From the NCBI GenBank assembly GCA_041736155.1, contig JBGSUL010000032.1:166479-230478 (forward strand): a stretch of 64,000 nucleotides of DNA. Direction: 5' to 3'. The position numbers were made by a program, and so were the translations under genes. Source of the stretch: Bdellovibrionales bacterium. GTDB taxonomy: Bacteria > Bdellovibrionota > Bdellovibrionia > Bdellovibrionales > JAGQZY01. Shown one piece after another: positions 8,713 through 20,115 of this stretch (positions are counted from its first letter, which is position 1; each line of letters starts with the position of its first letter). The notes under the pieces were generated by a model. The model made no database searches, was not told the DNA's origin, and saw only the letters and a program-made list of their open reading frames with translations.

Positions 8713-9467
8713 AAAAAGTGGTGAGTGAGCCAACCGCGCTCCTTGGCAATGCTCAATAATTTTTGCTCATCGTTATAGAGAGTCACATGTGGAGAATCCG
8801 CCGTTTGCGTTTGCACGGCCAAACGAACCAACGAGGCGGCTTCCAAAAGATGTAAATCACCCGAGGAATTTCCAGAACAAAACAACGGTGCGCGGCCTTG
8901 GGTTTTTTCTAAAAGGGCGTGTCGTTTGCCTTCGCGCCAGGTGATAAAGCCGTCTTGTTTATCGGAAATGATAGAATTGATCACGGTGGTTTTGACTCCC
9001 AGAGCCGCCGTCGCGGGCAAATCGACGAGCCCTGCCGCCGCTTCCACAGCCCAGTGCGTGGAGGCACTGATAATAAAAATTTCAAAATTTCTTTTCAAAA
9101 GCTCAGCAATCAACTGTTTTTGCGGAATGAGTATCTCTGGAGGAAAACGTTGCAAGGTTTCCTGTGCCCAAGACTGCACGGTGCTCAAGGGATAACCGGC
9201 GCAGATTTGCGCCAGCCACAAATAGGCATCGGGAGGATGTGTTTTTTTCAGAGATAAATAATGATCCCAGGGATCAATGCCGTGAAGCGCGGGGAGACTT
9301 TGCAAATCAATTTGGTACTGGAAAAAATTTTCACCCACATCGGAGTTCCACAATGTGCCATCAGCGTCAAACGCGGCGAAATAGGGGCCAGGATTTTTGG
9401 CGATATAAGCATCAAGAGGGTTTAATATTTGCTGACGAAGTTGTTCAGAAAAAGGCTTGATTATCAT
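8709..9467 (-). CDS. HAD-superfamily hydrolase, subfamily IB (SerB-like phosphatase)
   Basis: 252 aa. HAD motif I is FDADGTLW, motif II is FIISAST, motif IV-like is SGNSSGDLHLLE. Confidence 0.65.
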   Translation of the reverse strand: MIIKPFSEQLRQQILNPLDAYIAKNPGPYFAAFDADGTLWNSDVGENFFQYQIDLQSLPALHGIDPWDHYLSLKKTHPPDAYLWLAQICAGYPLSTVQSWAQETLQRFPPEILIPQKQLIAELLKRNFEIFIISASTHWAVEAAAGLVDLPATAALGVKTTVINSIISDKQDGFITWREGKRHALLEKTQGRAPLFCSGNSSGDLHLLEAASLVRLAVQTQTADSPHVTLYNDEQKLLSIAKERGWLTHHFF

Positions 9468-9538
9468 GGATCACACGATATCTTCTGCTGACAAAACACT
9501 CAACTAAAATAGACAATTTTCCAGAGAGGCAAGGGCGC

Positions 9539-9985
9539 GTGACAGAAATAAAGATCTTAACTCTCGAAGAGTGGCAAGACATTTTGGATTTTGAAAAAGC
9601 GCAACAAGTTGGCAGTGATTTCGAAAAAGAAATGTCGTCTTGGCATGCGCGCTGGCGCCGTGAATCCTTAGAGCACTATTTGCCACAAGGCTGGTCCTTT
9701 GTAAAACGCGAGAGCAAGGATGTTGGTGGTAAAATACGTGCCTATATCTTGTGCCAACCCCTGCTTTTTTTCGAAGGGTGGACACAAAGCTTGTGGATTG
9801 AACATGTCAGTGCCCTCACCAATACGGATGGGGCGGAGATGATTGAAATTGCCTACCGCTGGGCACGCGATAAACATTTACAAAAAGTATTCTTCAACAC
9901 ACAATTAAAATATATTCGAGAAGCACAATTTGCACCACAACAGACGCCCGTTCACTTAGGACATTTTTCGAGTACTAAAATATGA
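9539..9985 (+). CDS. Hypothetical protein, possibly GNAT-fold
   Basis: 148-aa ORF with GTG start. It resembles an acetyltransferase core only loosely (LWIEHVSA...AEMIEIAYRWARDKHLQKVFF). Confidence 0.4.
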   Translation: MTEIKILTLEEWQDILDFEKAQQVGSDFEKEMSSWHARWRRESLEHYLPQGWSFVKRESKDVGGKIRAYILCQPLLFFEGWTQSLWIEHVSALTNTDGAEMIEIAYRWARDKHLQKVFFNTQLKYIREAQFAPQQTPVHLGHFSSTKI

Positions 9986-9991
9986 GGCCCC

Positions 9992-11632
9992 ATGTTTAAT
10001 TCCCATGCACGTTTAAAAACTTTAGAAGGTCTGTCGCAAACTACCTTTGATCTTTTTGTTGTCGGCGGAGGCATCACTGGTGCGGGTGTTGCTCGTGATG
10101 CCATTCAACGTGGACTCAGTGTGATGTTGGCTGAGGCCAAGGACTTTGCGTCGGGTACCAGTTCACGCTCCAGCAAGTTGGTTCATGGTGGAATTCGCTA
10201 CTTAGAAAATTTTGAATTTGGTTTGGTACATGAAGCTTTGATGGAGCGTCGCCATCTTTTACAAATGGCACCCCACATGGTGCATCCTCTACGGTTTGTC
10301 ATACCTGTTTATAAGTCGTCGCGGGTCGGGCTTCTGAAGATGGAGGCGGGCATGATTCTTTATGATCTCCTATCGATGTTCGAGGCGCCCAAACTGCATG
10401 AGTTTCATTTAGCAAAAAGCACAACACATCTCGAACCATTACTCAAAGCCGATGAGCTCAAAGGGAGCGTTGTTTATTCCGACGCGTATATGGAGGACGA
10501 TCGTTTAGTCGTCGAGACTTTGCGTTCGGCTCATCGGAGTGGTGCGCAGATGGCCAATTACTTGCGAGTGATCGAAGTGCAAAAACAAGCCGACGGGTAC
10601 CGACTTTCTTTGTGTGATGAACTCACGCAAAAAGTTTACACTACCCACGCACGCCATGTGGTGGGGTGTTTAGGTCCGTGGACTGATCTTTTTGCATCAC
10701 AAAACATTCCCGATTGGAAACCTGTGCTTCGCCCTACTAAAGGGGTGCATTTGGTTTTTGCACGGGAAAAAATTCCGCTCAAACAAGCGGTGGTGATGGC
10801 GGTGGAAGAGCGCATCGTCTTTGCCATTCCCCGCGAAGACATTGTAATTGTCGGGACAACAGATACGGATTTCCGCGAAGACCCCAAAGATGTACGTGTG
10901 GGTGATGAGGATGTTCGTTATCTCCTCTCTGTCACCAATCGCTATTTTCCAGAAATCCATGTGCACGCCGCAGATATCCTCTCGTGTTACAGCGGCGTTC
11001 GCCCCTTAGTTAAAGATGGGGCGCAGAGCGAGGGGAAAACCAGTCGTGAGCATGTGATCTTTCAACCCGAAGAGCGCCTCACTTTGGTGGCTGGCGGAAA
11101 GTACACGACTTACCGGGCCATGGCTGAAGAGATTGTCGATGCCTGTTTGCGCAGCTGGTCTTTTGAGGAGCGCATGGTCTTGAAGAAACCACAGACCACG
11201 CAGCCGCTGAATCCCGCCGTCACTTCTGAAAAAATCGACAGACTCTTAGTGCAAGCAGAAGAGTTGGCGCAAGAACTGCACATTTCCAAGGCGTTTGTAG
11301 ACTTTGCCATTCGTCGACGAGGAGAAGAGGCTTTGCCGGTCCTCTACATGATGGCGATGTTGCAGGGAGAAAGCGAAAGCCAACGTTATTGGCGTGCGGA
11401 GGCCAAATTTTCCATGGAAAATGAAATGTGTCTGAAGCTTGTGGACTTTTATACTCGTCGCAGCCCACTTTTTCTCTTTCGTAAAAATCATGGTTATGAA
11501 TATGCCGAGGCCGTGGCGCGTATTTTTACTCAGGTTTTGGGTGGAGGCTCGCCGAGTTACTTTCAAAAAGCCATCCAAGAATTGGATGGGCACATTGCCG
11601 ACGAGATGGCGGCTGTAGACAGAGCCCGTTGA
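9992..11632 (+). CDS. glpD: FAD-dependent glycerol-3-phosphate dehydrogenase
   Basis: 546 aa with dinucleotide fold DLFVVGGGITGAGVARDA and GTSSRSSKLVHGGIRYLE. Confidence 0.88.
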   Translation: MFNSHARLKTLEGLSQTTFDLFVVGGGITGAGVARDAIQRGLSVMLAEAKDFASGTSSRSSKLVHGGIRYLENFEFGLVHEALMERRHLLQMAPHMVHPLRFVIPVYKSSRVGLLKMEAGMILYDLLSMFEAPKLHEFHLAKSTTHLEPLLKADELKGSVVYSDAYMEDDRLVVETLRSAHRSGAQMANYLRVIEVQKQADGYRLSLCDELTQKVYTTHARHVVGCLGPWTDLFASQNIPDWKPVLRPTKGVHLVFAREKIPLKQAVVMAVEERIVFAIPREDIVIVGTTDTDFREDPKDVRVGDEDVRYLLSVTNRYFPEIHVHAADILSCYSGVRPLVKDGAQSEGKTSREHVIFQPEERLTLVAGGKYTTYRAMAEEIVDACLRSWSFEERMVLKKPQTTQPLNPAVTSEKIDRLLVQAEELAQELHISKAFVDFAIRRRGEEALPVLYMMAMLQGESESQRYWRAEAKFSMENEMCLKLVDFYTRRSPLFLFRKNHGYEYAEAVARIFTQVLGGGSPSYFQKAIQELDGHIADEMAAVDRAR

Positions 11633-11689
11633 CGGACTGCCCTATGGGGCGCGCATTAGTAAGCTCGTGTATTGACTCTTATTTTGTAA

Positions 11690-12769
<1,080 letters not shown>

Positions 12770-12774
12770 GTTTT

Positions 12775-14673
12775 GTGAAAACAAAAACAACATATATATC
12801 TTTGCGAACTCTCTTTACACGTTGGGTAGTTCTCTTTTCCCTTTTGCCGTTGATTCTTGTGGTGTTTTTATTTGCGAGGCAGTTTAAGGCCACCGTTCAA
12901 GATGAAATTTCGGAAAGACTTTTTGTTTACACTCAGCAGACACAAGATCTTTTTGATGAGTATGAGAGTTTTTCCAAAAGCAGCCTCAATGAAATAGGCG
13001 AAGATAAAACTATTCTATATTATCTAAAAACGGCGGACACCGACGATCTTAAATCGTCTCTCGAAAAAATGTTGGAAGAAGAGGTTCCGACAGGTTACGC
13101 AGTGTATGGTGATCAAGGACAGCTTTTGGTACGCACTGGAAACCGCCCCTTTACGCAAGTGGGTCCTGGCGGGCTGTCGAGCGAAGTTGTGACACTCTTA
13201 GAACAGCAGGAGTTTTACTCCAACGCCTATTTTTTTACAGCCGAACAAGAGGTTCGTCTTTATCTCAGCGTAGTGAAAAAAATTAAAGACGAAAACTTGC
13301 GCTGGACGGGTTTTTTAGAAAAAACAATCGTTGTGGACGAAAACTTTGCGAAGACATTAAAAGCCCAGCGAGGCATGGATATTATTTTTTTTGGCCCCAA
13401 GGGCGAGCTTTTTATATCTAGTTTCCCCGAAGAAAAATTCACCCGCGAGCAACTGTCCCAGGATTTTTTACAAGGGAGCAATCACTTTTTTGATGTTCCA
13501 GTACAGGGGAAAACATTTGGTTTTATTTCCACAGTGGTCTCGTGGGGAGGGCAGAAGTTTTTAGTGGCGATAGGTGCCTCCAAAGAATCGCTCGCCAAGA
13601 GCCTGTCGCAGGTTACAAAGTTGTTATTGCTCGCTTTCGTTTTTCTCATCGGCTGTTTATTGATTTTCAGTTACGTGTTTACGAATCAGATCTTGCGTCC
13701 GATTTCAAAACTCGTCGATGGTTTACAAAAAATGAAAACATATAGCGAGCCTGTGCATGTCGAGAACAAAAGCCGCACTGAAATTGGTTTATTGACCGAG
13801 AGTTTTAACGAAATGTCACAAACCATCTATGGCTACCGCTCTGATTTAGAAACCAAAATCAAAGATTTGGAAAAAGCCAACACCGAAGTGCAATCGACCC
13901 AAAGTCAGCTCATTCAATCGGCGAAGCTGGCAGGTTTAGGTCAACTCGTGGCTGGCGTCGCTCACGAATTAAATAACCCCATCGGTTTTGTGTACAGCAA
14001 TATGCAACACTTGCGCGAATACACTGGGTCCTTACTCATGATCGTTGAGGAACTGAGCAAGAAAAATGAAAACGCCGATAAAGTGAAAAAAAAATACGAT
14101 TTTGATTTTATCGAAAAGGATCTCCCCAAACTGATTGCTTCGTGCGAGGAGGGGGCAAGACGCACGCGTGATATCGTCATGGGTTTACGTAATTTTTCCC
14201 GCTCCAGTGATAAAGATCAAAAAAAATTCAGTGTTACCGATTGTATCGATTCCACATTGGATTTGCTCGGTGGGGCGCTCAAAAACAATCAAGTGAAGTT
14301 ATTTAAAAAATACGATGATTACATTCCACTCATTGTTGGCAACCCCAATCAAGTCAGCCAGGTTTTCATGAACGTCATCTCCAATGCCTTTCAGGCGCTT
14401 GCGGGTGCGGGCGAAGTGCGGATTGAGGTCCAGTATTTAAAAGAACAAGAGCAGATCAAAGTCAGCGTGCAGGACACCGGTGTGGGTATTAACAAAGAAG
14501 AATTGAATAAAATTTTTGATCCCTTCTACACGACGAAAGAAGTGGGACAAGGCACGGGCTTAGGCCTAAGTATTTCTTATGGCATTGTTAAAAGTCATGG
14601 AGGAGATATCACGGTGGTCTCAACGCCCGGCCAAGGTGCCACTTTTGAAATCCTCTTTCCTGTGGTCCCTTAA
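12775..14673 (+). CDS. Membrane sensor histidine kinase (orphan; no adjacent response regulator)
   Basis: 632 aa. Two TM segments flank a ~250-aa periplasmic domain. HAMP-like linker, H-box AGVAHELNNPIGFV, ATPase boxes VQDTGVGI and GTGLGLSISYGIVKSHGG. Confidence 0.85.
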   Translation: MKTKTTYISLRTLFTRWVVLFSLLPLILVVFLFARQFKATVQDEISERLFVYTQQTQDLFDEYESFSKSSLNEIGEDKTILYYLKTADTDDLKSSLEKMLEEEVPTGYAVYGDQGQLLVRTGNRPFTQVGPGGLSSEVVTLLEQQEFYSNAYFFTAEQEVRLYLSVVKKIKDENLRWTGFLEKTIVVDENFAKTLKAQRGMDIIFFGPKGELFISSFPEEKFTREQLSQDFLQGSNHFFDVPVQGKTFGFISTVVSWGGQKFLVAIGASKESLAKSLSQVTKLLLLAFVFLIGCLLIFSYVFTNQILRPISKLVDGLQKMKTYSEPVHVENKSRTEIGLLTESFNEMSQTIYGYRSDLETKIKDLEKANTEVQSTQSQLIQSAKLAGLGQLVAGVAHELNNPIGFVYSNMQHLREYTGSLLMIVEELSKKNENADKVKKKYDFDFIEKDLPKLIASCEEGARRTRDIVMGLRNFSRSSDKDQKKFSVTDCIDSTLDLLGGALKNNQVKLFKKYDDYIPLIVGNPNQVSQVFMNVISNAFQALAGAGEVRIEVQYLKEQEQIKVSVQDTGVGINKEELNKIFDPFYTTKEVGQGTGLGLSISYGIVKSHGGDITVVSTPGQGATFEILFPVVP

Positions 14674-14725
14674 GCTGTCTGAGTATCCTCTTTAGATTTC
14701 ATGCAAAAAGTCCGATAGCTCTCTT

Positions 14726-15319
14726 ATGGAAAAATGGAATAAAAATCATATCATAATGGGTGTTTCCGGGATGGTTCTCTTTTTGGGAGTCCTATTTTTT
14801 TTAAATGATAAACCCAACGCAAATCTTCCTGAGAACGCTGGAAGTAAAGTCTCATATCGTGAGTTGGATAAGATTCGCAAAAACGAAGAAGCCAAAGCAC
14901 GTTTCCAACGAGAAAAAGTCCATGTAGAAAATTTTAAACAAGCGCCACAAATTAATGAATCGTATCGTCAGGTTGCGCCACCACAGGATAACTCTTTACG
15001 CTTGGAAGCGTCCGTGGGAGCTGCAGCCAAAGATATCGCCGAGTCCGAATTACAAGGGATGGCTTTACAAAGTTTAGAAAACCGCATTAATCAAAAACTA
15101 CTCAATGAGCAAAAAGCCGCGCAAATGAATGCGTTTCAAAAAAAGCAATTTGCTGAAGCCTACAAGAAAAGAGCCCTTTCAATGGGCTATGAGGTGGAGT
15201 TGAATGAGGACCTCGAAGTGATGAAGGTGAGAAAGGTGGGTACCGGCTCACCAGCCATCAAATCCGCGCCAGTGATCGATGTGGATTCTATGGAAGAAGA
15301 CGAAGAGTCATTTGACTAA
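14726..15319 (+). CDS. Membrane-anchored hypothetical protein
   Basis: 197 aa with an N-terminal TM (IIMGVSGMVLFLGVLFFL), a K/Q/E-rich helical region and an acidic C-terminus. Confidence 0.6.
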   Translation: MEKWNKNHIIMGVSGMVLFLGVLFFLNDKPNANLPENAGSKVSYRELDKIRKNEEAKARFQREKVHVENFKQAPQINESYRQVAPPQDNSLRLEASVGAAAKDIAESELQGMALQSLENRINQKLLNEQKAAQMNAFQKKQFAEAYKKRALSMGYEVELNEDLEVMKVRKVGTGSPAIKSAPVIDVDSMEEDEESFD

Positions 15320-15443
15320 ATAGTCTTAAATAGCCCCTCATTGGTGCCGTTTATACGGGCAGTCTTGCCCCTCGTAAAAATCGTTGAGCTTTCTTTAAAA
15401 TGGTTGATAATCGTCTCAGCAGTAACCGTATAAAGGAGGTCCT

Positions 15444-16037
15444 GTGAGATCGAGTCTCTATTTATTAATATTAGCCGCTTTTTTAATGCAAGGTTGTGGA
15501 ACCCGCCAATTTACTAAAGGTTCTTACGACGATGTTAACAACGAAAATTTGTTGGATGATTTGTGGTCAGAAACAGATATGCAAAAGGCCGTGAATGACC
15601 TTGTTGCCAGTCTTCTGAAAAACCGCACGATTGCCGAAGCAAAAAGACCTCCTCTCGTGATGGTCACCAAGTTACAAAACAAAACAGGTGAAGTGATAGA
15701 TGGGCAAAATATCATGGATATGGTAAAGGTTGATCTTATGTCTTCCGGAAAAGTTCGTTTCCTTGATAAAGAAGCCAGACAAGATATCGCCGATGAGTAC
15801 GAGTATCAAAACTCCGGAATGGTTTCTAAGGACACAAAAAAAGGACCAGGCGGTCAATCGGGCTCCGATTACATCATCAATGGTCGCTTGGATTCGATTG
15901 TGAAAGAAGTGGGCAAAGAGAAAACAGTTTATTATAAACTGACTCTTATGCTCACCAATCTGAAAACCAGCGAACACGAATGGGCTGACCAAAAAGAAAT
16001 TCGTAAAAAGTTTAATAAGCGTCGAGTTGGCATCTAA
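15444..16037 (+). CDS. LpoB-like lipoprotein (COG3417-type penicillin-binding protein activator family)
   Basis: 197 aa with lipobox AAFLMQGC. The domain pattern PPLVMVTKLQNKTGEVIDGQNIMDMVKVDLMSSGKVRFLD...YIINGRL...YKLTLMLTNL resembles LpoB/YcfM. Confidence 0.55.
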   Translation: MRSSLYLLILAAFLMQGCGTRQFTKGSYDDVNNENLLDDLWSETDMQKAVNDLVASLLKNRTIAEAKRPPLVMVTKLQNKTGEVIDGQNIMDMVKVDLMSSGKVRFLDKEARQDIADEYEYQNSGMVSKDTKKGPGGQSGSDYIINGRLDSIVKEVGKEKTVYYKLTLMLTNLKTSEHEWADQKEIRKKFNKRRVGI

Positions 16038-16043
16038 GCTTTC

Positions 16044-17276
16044 ATGAAGTTGTTAACTCTGGGGCAACTTCTTCTGGTTGCCCTTCTTATTCCGGCCTGT
16101 GCCACGTACCAAAGTAATGTGTCTTCGGCACGGGACTCTTTGTCTTCGCAACAGTACGATGCGGCTATCGAGTCTTTTAAAAAAATGTACGAACAGTCCA
16201 ATGGAGACCGCCTTGCCTATCTTTTAGAATATGCGACGGCACTTCATCAAGCCGGACGCTACGAAGAGAGCAACAAAGCTTTTGCTATTGCCGAAAAAGA
16301 ATCAGAGCTGAACGACTACACCAGTGTCTCGCGCGAAGCGGGCGCGTTGATTGTGGAAGAGGGCTTGGTTCAGTACAAAGTCGAAATTTTTGAATACTTG
16401 CTCATCACCGTGTATCGCGCCTTTAACTATATGATGTTGGGCGATTATGAAAATGCTCAGGTGATGGCTCGCAAACTCAATGAAAAATTAAATAAACTCT
16501 CCACCGAGATGGATTCGGATACTAAAAAACGCCAAGCCTCCTTTGCCGCTTATCTCGCAGGCCTCTTGTGGGAGTCGCAAGGTGACTGGGACAACGCTTT
16601 TGTATTGTATTCCAAGGCACACGAGATGGCTCCCGAAGTGGACGTCATCAAGCGCGATGCGATGATTGCCGCCAAACGTTCGGGGCGAGATACCGACTAC
16701 GAACGCTACAAAAAAAAATATCCTGAGTTAGAAAAAGAACTCAATGTCAAAAATCTAAAAGGGCAGGGTGAGTTTGTCTTTTTTTTCGAGCAAGGCTGGG
16801 TGGCACGCAAACAACCGCGCCCAGAAAACAAAATGCTACCGATGATGGTACCAGTTTCTAAAATGGTGCATTCTGTGGACCTAATCGTCGACCAAAAAAA
16901 AATCCATTCTGAAAAAGTTTATGATCTCGATTTGATTTCCATGCAAACCATGGACGCCATTTACAAAAAATTAGTAGCACGTGTCCTCGCTCGCCAAGCC
17001 ACGCGCATCGCCATGCGTGAAACAGCCCGTAGAAATAATAAGAATGACGCTCTTCAGGTAGCGGCACTGGCCACCTTTATTATGGACGCTGTAGAAACCG
17101 CCGATTTACGACAGTGGTCGACTTTGCCAGCGAGTTTTCAGGTGGCGCGTATTTATCTCAATCCCGGCAAACACCATATTGAGGTCAAAGGCTTTGGTTC
17201 AGACACATTGGTTTGGCAAGGTGATGTGGAGATCAAGGCTGGGCAAAAGACTTTTGCCGTAGGACGAGCTTTTTAG
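16044..17276 (+). CDS. TPR-like lipoprotein, partner of the LpoB-like gene
   Basis: 410 aa with lipobox ALLIPAC, TPR-like helical repeats and a 6-nt gap after the LpoB-like gene. Confidence 0.6.
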   Translation: MKLLTLGQLLLVALLIPACATYQSNVSSARDSLSSQQYDAAIESFKKMYEQSNGDRLAYLLEYATALHQAGRYEESNKAFAIAEKESELNDYTSVSREAGALIVEEGLVQYKVEIFEYLLITVYRAFNYMMLGDYENAQVMARKLNEKLNKLSTEMDSDTKKRQASFAAYLAGLLWESQGDWDNAFVLYSKAHEMAPEVDVIKRDAMIAAKRSGRDTDYERYKKKYPELEKELNVKNLKGQGEFVFFFEQGWVARKQPRPENKMLPMMVPVSKMVHSVDLIVDQKKIHSEKVYDLDLISMQTMDAIYKKLVARVLARQATRIAMRETARRNNKNDALQVAALATFIMDAVETADLRQWSTLPASFQVARIYLNPGKHHIEVKGFGSDTLVWQGDVEIKAGQKTFAVGRAF

Positions 17277-17297
17277 GCCGAGATCCTGAGCTAATCC

Positions 17298-17330
17298 GTC
17301 ATCCTGAGCGAAGCGAAGATCTCGCGAGGA
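17298..17330 (+). repeat. Copy of the dispersed GTCATCCTGAGCGAAGCGAAGGATC-type intergenic repeat
   Basis: GTCATCCTGAGCGAAGCGAAGATCTCGCGAGGA. Related copies, in either orientation, lie at 30495-30553, 32911-32954, 33652-33681 and 33740-33785. Confidence 0.7.
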
Positions 17331-17351
17331 ACTTCTCTTAAGCCTCAAAAT

Positions 17352-17379
17352 AAAAAAGCCCGCTTTCGGCGGGCTTCTT
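17352..17379. terminator. Bidirectional intrinsic terminator between convergent genes
   Basis: AAAAAAGCCCGCtttcGGCGGGCTTCTT: a GC stem (17358-17374) flanked by an A-run and a T-rich tract, between the 16044 gene (+) and phaR (-). Confidence 0.75.
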
Positions 17380-17405
17380 AGTCATTCTAAATTACTAAAG
17401 TAAAA

Positions 17406-17933
17406 TTAGAACTTATTGTTGGGATTCGGAAGGCTAGGAGTCTCTTCAGGAACTGGCAAAGTTGTGTAGCCGGTTGTGTTTTCCTGAGTTGCTGCCTGAG
17501 CGATGCGGTTTTCAATGGACTGTTTTACAGTGTCATAGCTTTGTGCCGCTTTATCGATCACAGACTCTTGCTGTGTCGACTTAGAAGTCGAAGGCTGTGC
17601 TGCTTTAACAATGTATTCCTTAGGGAAAGCACCCAATTTTGCAAGATAGCTCGAAATGCTGCCGTTGGCGTGTTGGATGATTTCACGAAGCGTGAAAAGA
17701 GGAGCGTACTGAGAAGCTTTCTTTTCAGATTCAAAGATAATTTGAGTCAAAGTTGCCGCTGTGATGTCGTTTTTGGTCTTGTTATCAATAACCATCACTT
17801 CTTCATCAGAACGGATCATTTTAGCGATATCGTCTAGCGTCACATAGCAGCTTTGCTGAGTGTCGTAGAGTTTACGGTTTTGGTATCGCTTAATAATTTT
17901 AACTTTCTTGTTATCCTGGTTTGTATTTAACAA
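17406..17933 (-). CDS. phaR: PHA synthesis repressor PhaR-family DNA-binding protein
   Basis: 175 aa. The N-terminal motif IIKRYQNRKLYDTQQSCYVTLDDIAKMIRSDEEVMVIDNKTKNDITAATLTQIIFE matches the PHB_acc_N pattern. TTG start is preceded by GGGAGGA. Confidence 0.75.
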   Translation of the reverse strand: MLNTNQDNKKVKIIKRYQNRKLYDTQQSCYVTLDDIAKMIRSDEEVMVIDNKTKNDITAATLTQIIFESEKKASQYAPLFTLREIIQHANGSISSYLAKLGAFPKEYIVKAAQPSTSKSTQQESVIDKAAQSYDTVKQSIENRIAQAATQENTTGYTTLPVPEETPSLPNPNNKF

Positions 17934-18288
17934 AGGATCCTCCCGTCAATTGTCCAAGAATCGTATCAGTATTGGCAGCCTGGATCCGAAGATTTAGCTC
18001 ACTTTATAGACACGAAATCCATTTAATTTTCTATAGCACAGCGCGAACATAGAGCTGCCGCCATGTGTTGTCAAGCGGTCCAATATTCGAGCATATTTTA
18101 TTCTTTTTACTGGGGAATCAACCAATGGGACCAGGTCGTTTTTTACACTAAAAAAACTGCATAAACTCTTATGAGAGATATAAATACCTGTAATTACAAG
18201 AACAAATAGGACCAGACGGAAGTTTAGAAGTTGCCGATTTCCTTCATTTTCCCTACGCAATCACCGATAGATCGCCATGGGAGACGGC

Positions 18289-20115
18289 ATGCGTCTAAAT
18301 GTGATTTTACAATTATCTGCTCTTTTTTTAGGAATATCCGGCTGTGCTACATGGAATCTTTCCTCACCGGCGGTATTCAAAAGTGACGCTTACAACGTAA
18401 AGGGAGAGGCGCCCGAAAGTATAGCACCGCCTGAAAATCCCGAAGAAATGGCCGAAGTTCAGAGCCAAAGCAAAGCTGACTACCATTTCACTCTTGCTGA
18501 GTCTTATAGCATGCAAGGTGAGTGGACGAAGGCCATTGAAAACTACAAATTAAGTCTCGTTCACGATCCCAAATCGTTCCGCAGCCATTTTCGTGTCGCC
18601 AGTGAGTATGTGCGCGCTGGCTTAGTGGGCCAAGCACTTGAGCATTGCGAAGAGGCGATCAAAATCAAAAAAGATTTTGCCGAAGCACGCATTCTCCAGG
18701 CGAGTCTTAATTCGGTACTAGGTTTCCATGACAAAGCACGTAAAGGCTATGAAGAGTTACTCGTTCTTGAGCCTAAAAACCAAGAAGCGCAAATTCTTTT
18801 GGGAGCCACGTATCTTGATGAGAATAAGCTGGACCAAGCGGCTCGGTATTTTGAGGTTTTAGCACGCAAAAATTCTCAGTCGCACATTGTTTGGTACTAC
18901 CTTGGCAGAACGTATTTAATGCAAAAAACTCCTCAGGCGATGGCGAATGCCGAAACGGCATTTAAAACATCGCTTAAAATGGAGCAAAACTTTGTTCAAA
19001 GTGTGATTGAGTTAGGTTCGATTTACGAAAAGCGCGGCCAATTTGATAAAGCCGTGGCACTTTACGAATCTTATCAAGCGCAGTACGGACCTGATGTTTC
19101 TGTCGCTGAAAGTCTTGTGCAGGTTTATTTAACACAAGAAAATTACGCGCGCGCTTATGAGCACCTTAAAACCATCAATGAGTTGGATCAGGGCAATCTG
19201 AACGCACAACTTAAGATGGCCTTTATTCTCGTGGATCAAAAGAAATTCAGTGAGGCGATTCCTCTCTTAGAAAAAATTCTCCATCAAACACCTGAGTCCG
19301 ATCGTGTGCGTTTTTATTTAGGTGCCGTTTACGAAGAGATCAAAGATTTCCCTGCAGCTATTCAGCAATTTAAAGAAATTCCTAAGTCGAGCAAATATTT
19401 TCCTGATTCGATTATGCACATGGCGTATCTCTATAAGTTACTTGAAAAGCCTGATGCCGCGATTGCGTTGCTAGAGGAGCAAATGGAATTTTTGGATGAC
19501 AATGCCAAAATTTACGCCCTCTACGGATCTTTTTTAGAAGGTCAGAAGCGCTATGATGAAGCACAAAAATTACTCGAAAAAGGAATGGGAAAATTTCCTA
19601 CAGATACACAAATTATCTATCAATTAGGATCTGTGTACGACCTTCTTGGGCAACCGGATAAAACCGTGGCGAATATGGAGAAGTTGATTGAGATCGACAA
19701 AAATCATGTCGAAGGATTGAATTACCTTGCTTACCTTTATGCAGACAAAACAAAAAACCTAAGTGTCGCCGAAAAACTGGCGCGTCGAGCCTTGTCATTA
19801 CGTCCAAATGACGGTTTTATTTTAGATACGTTAGGTTGGGTTTTATTTAAACAGAACCGCTTTGATGAAGCCGTAAAAACGTTAGAACGAGCTCATCAGA
19901 TTGAAGGCAAAGAAAGTATTATTGCTGAGCATTTAGGTGACGTTTATTTTAGAGTAGAAATGCCACAAAAAGCTCGCGACATGTACAGAAAAGCTGCGGA
20001 AAACGAAAAGAACGAGAACAATGTACAAAAAATTCGCGCAAAAATTGACACCATTGAGCAGCGTATTCAAACAGAAATACGTATCAAAAAACCACGAGCG
20101 CCAGCCTCTCGATAA
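18289..20115 (+). CDS. Large TPR-repeat lipoprotein
   Basis: Lipobox ALFLGISGC, then many TPR units (for example YHFTLAESYSMQGEWTKAIENYKLSLVHDP). ATG 18289 has GGAGA upstream. ATG 18277 is an alternative start. Confidence 0.8.
   Translation: MRLNVILQLSALFLGISGCATWNLSSPAVFKSDAYNVKGEAPESIAPPENPEEMAEVQSQSKADYHFTLAESYSMQGEWTKAIENYKLSLVHDPKSFRSHFRVASEYVRAGLVGQALEHCEEAIKIKKDFAEARILQASLNSVLGFHDKARKGYEELLVLEPKNQEAQILLGATYLDENKLDQAARYFEVLARKNSQSHIVWYYLGRTYLMQKTPQAMANAETAFKTSLKMEQNFVQSVIELGSIYEKRGQFDKAVALYESYQAQYGPDVSVAESLVQVYLTQENYARAYEHLKTINELDQGNLNAQLKMAFILVDQKKFSEAIPLLEKILHQTPESDRVRFYLGAVYEEIKDFPAAIQQFKEIPKSSKYFPDSIMHMAYLYKLLEKPDAAIALLEEQMEFLDDNAKIYALYGSFLEGQKRYDEAQKLLEKGMGKFPTDTQIIYQLGSVYDLLGQPDKTVANMEKLIEIDKNHVEGLNYLAYLYADKTKNLSVAEKLARRALSLRPNDGFILDTLGWVLFKQNRFDEAVKTLERAHQIEGKESIIAEHLGDVYFRVEMPQKARDMYRKAAENEKNENNVQKIRAKIDTIEQRIQTEIRIKKPRAPASR

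Noticed and set aside
17994-18260. 88-aa ORF with one hydrophobic segment in the phaR/TPR divergent spacer
   Set aside because: It has a TTG start without an SD, lies in an AT-rich promoter-type region and resembles no family. I treat it as non-coding, though a small protein cannot be excluded.
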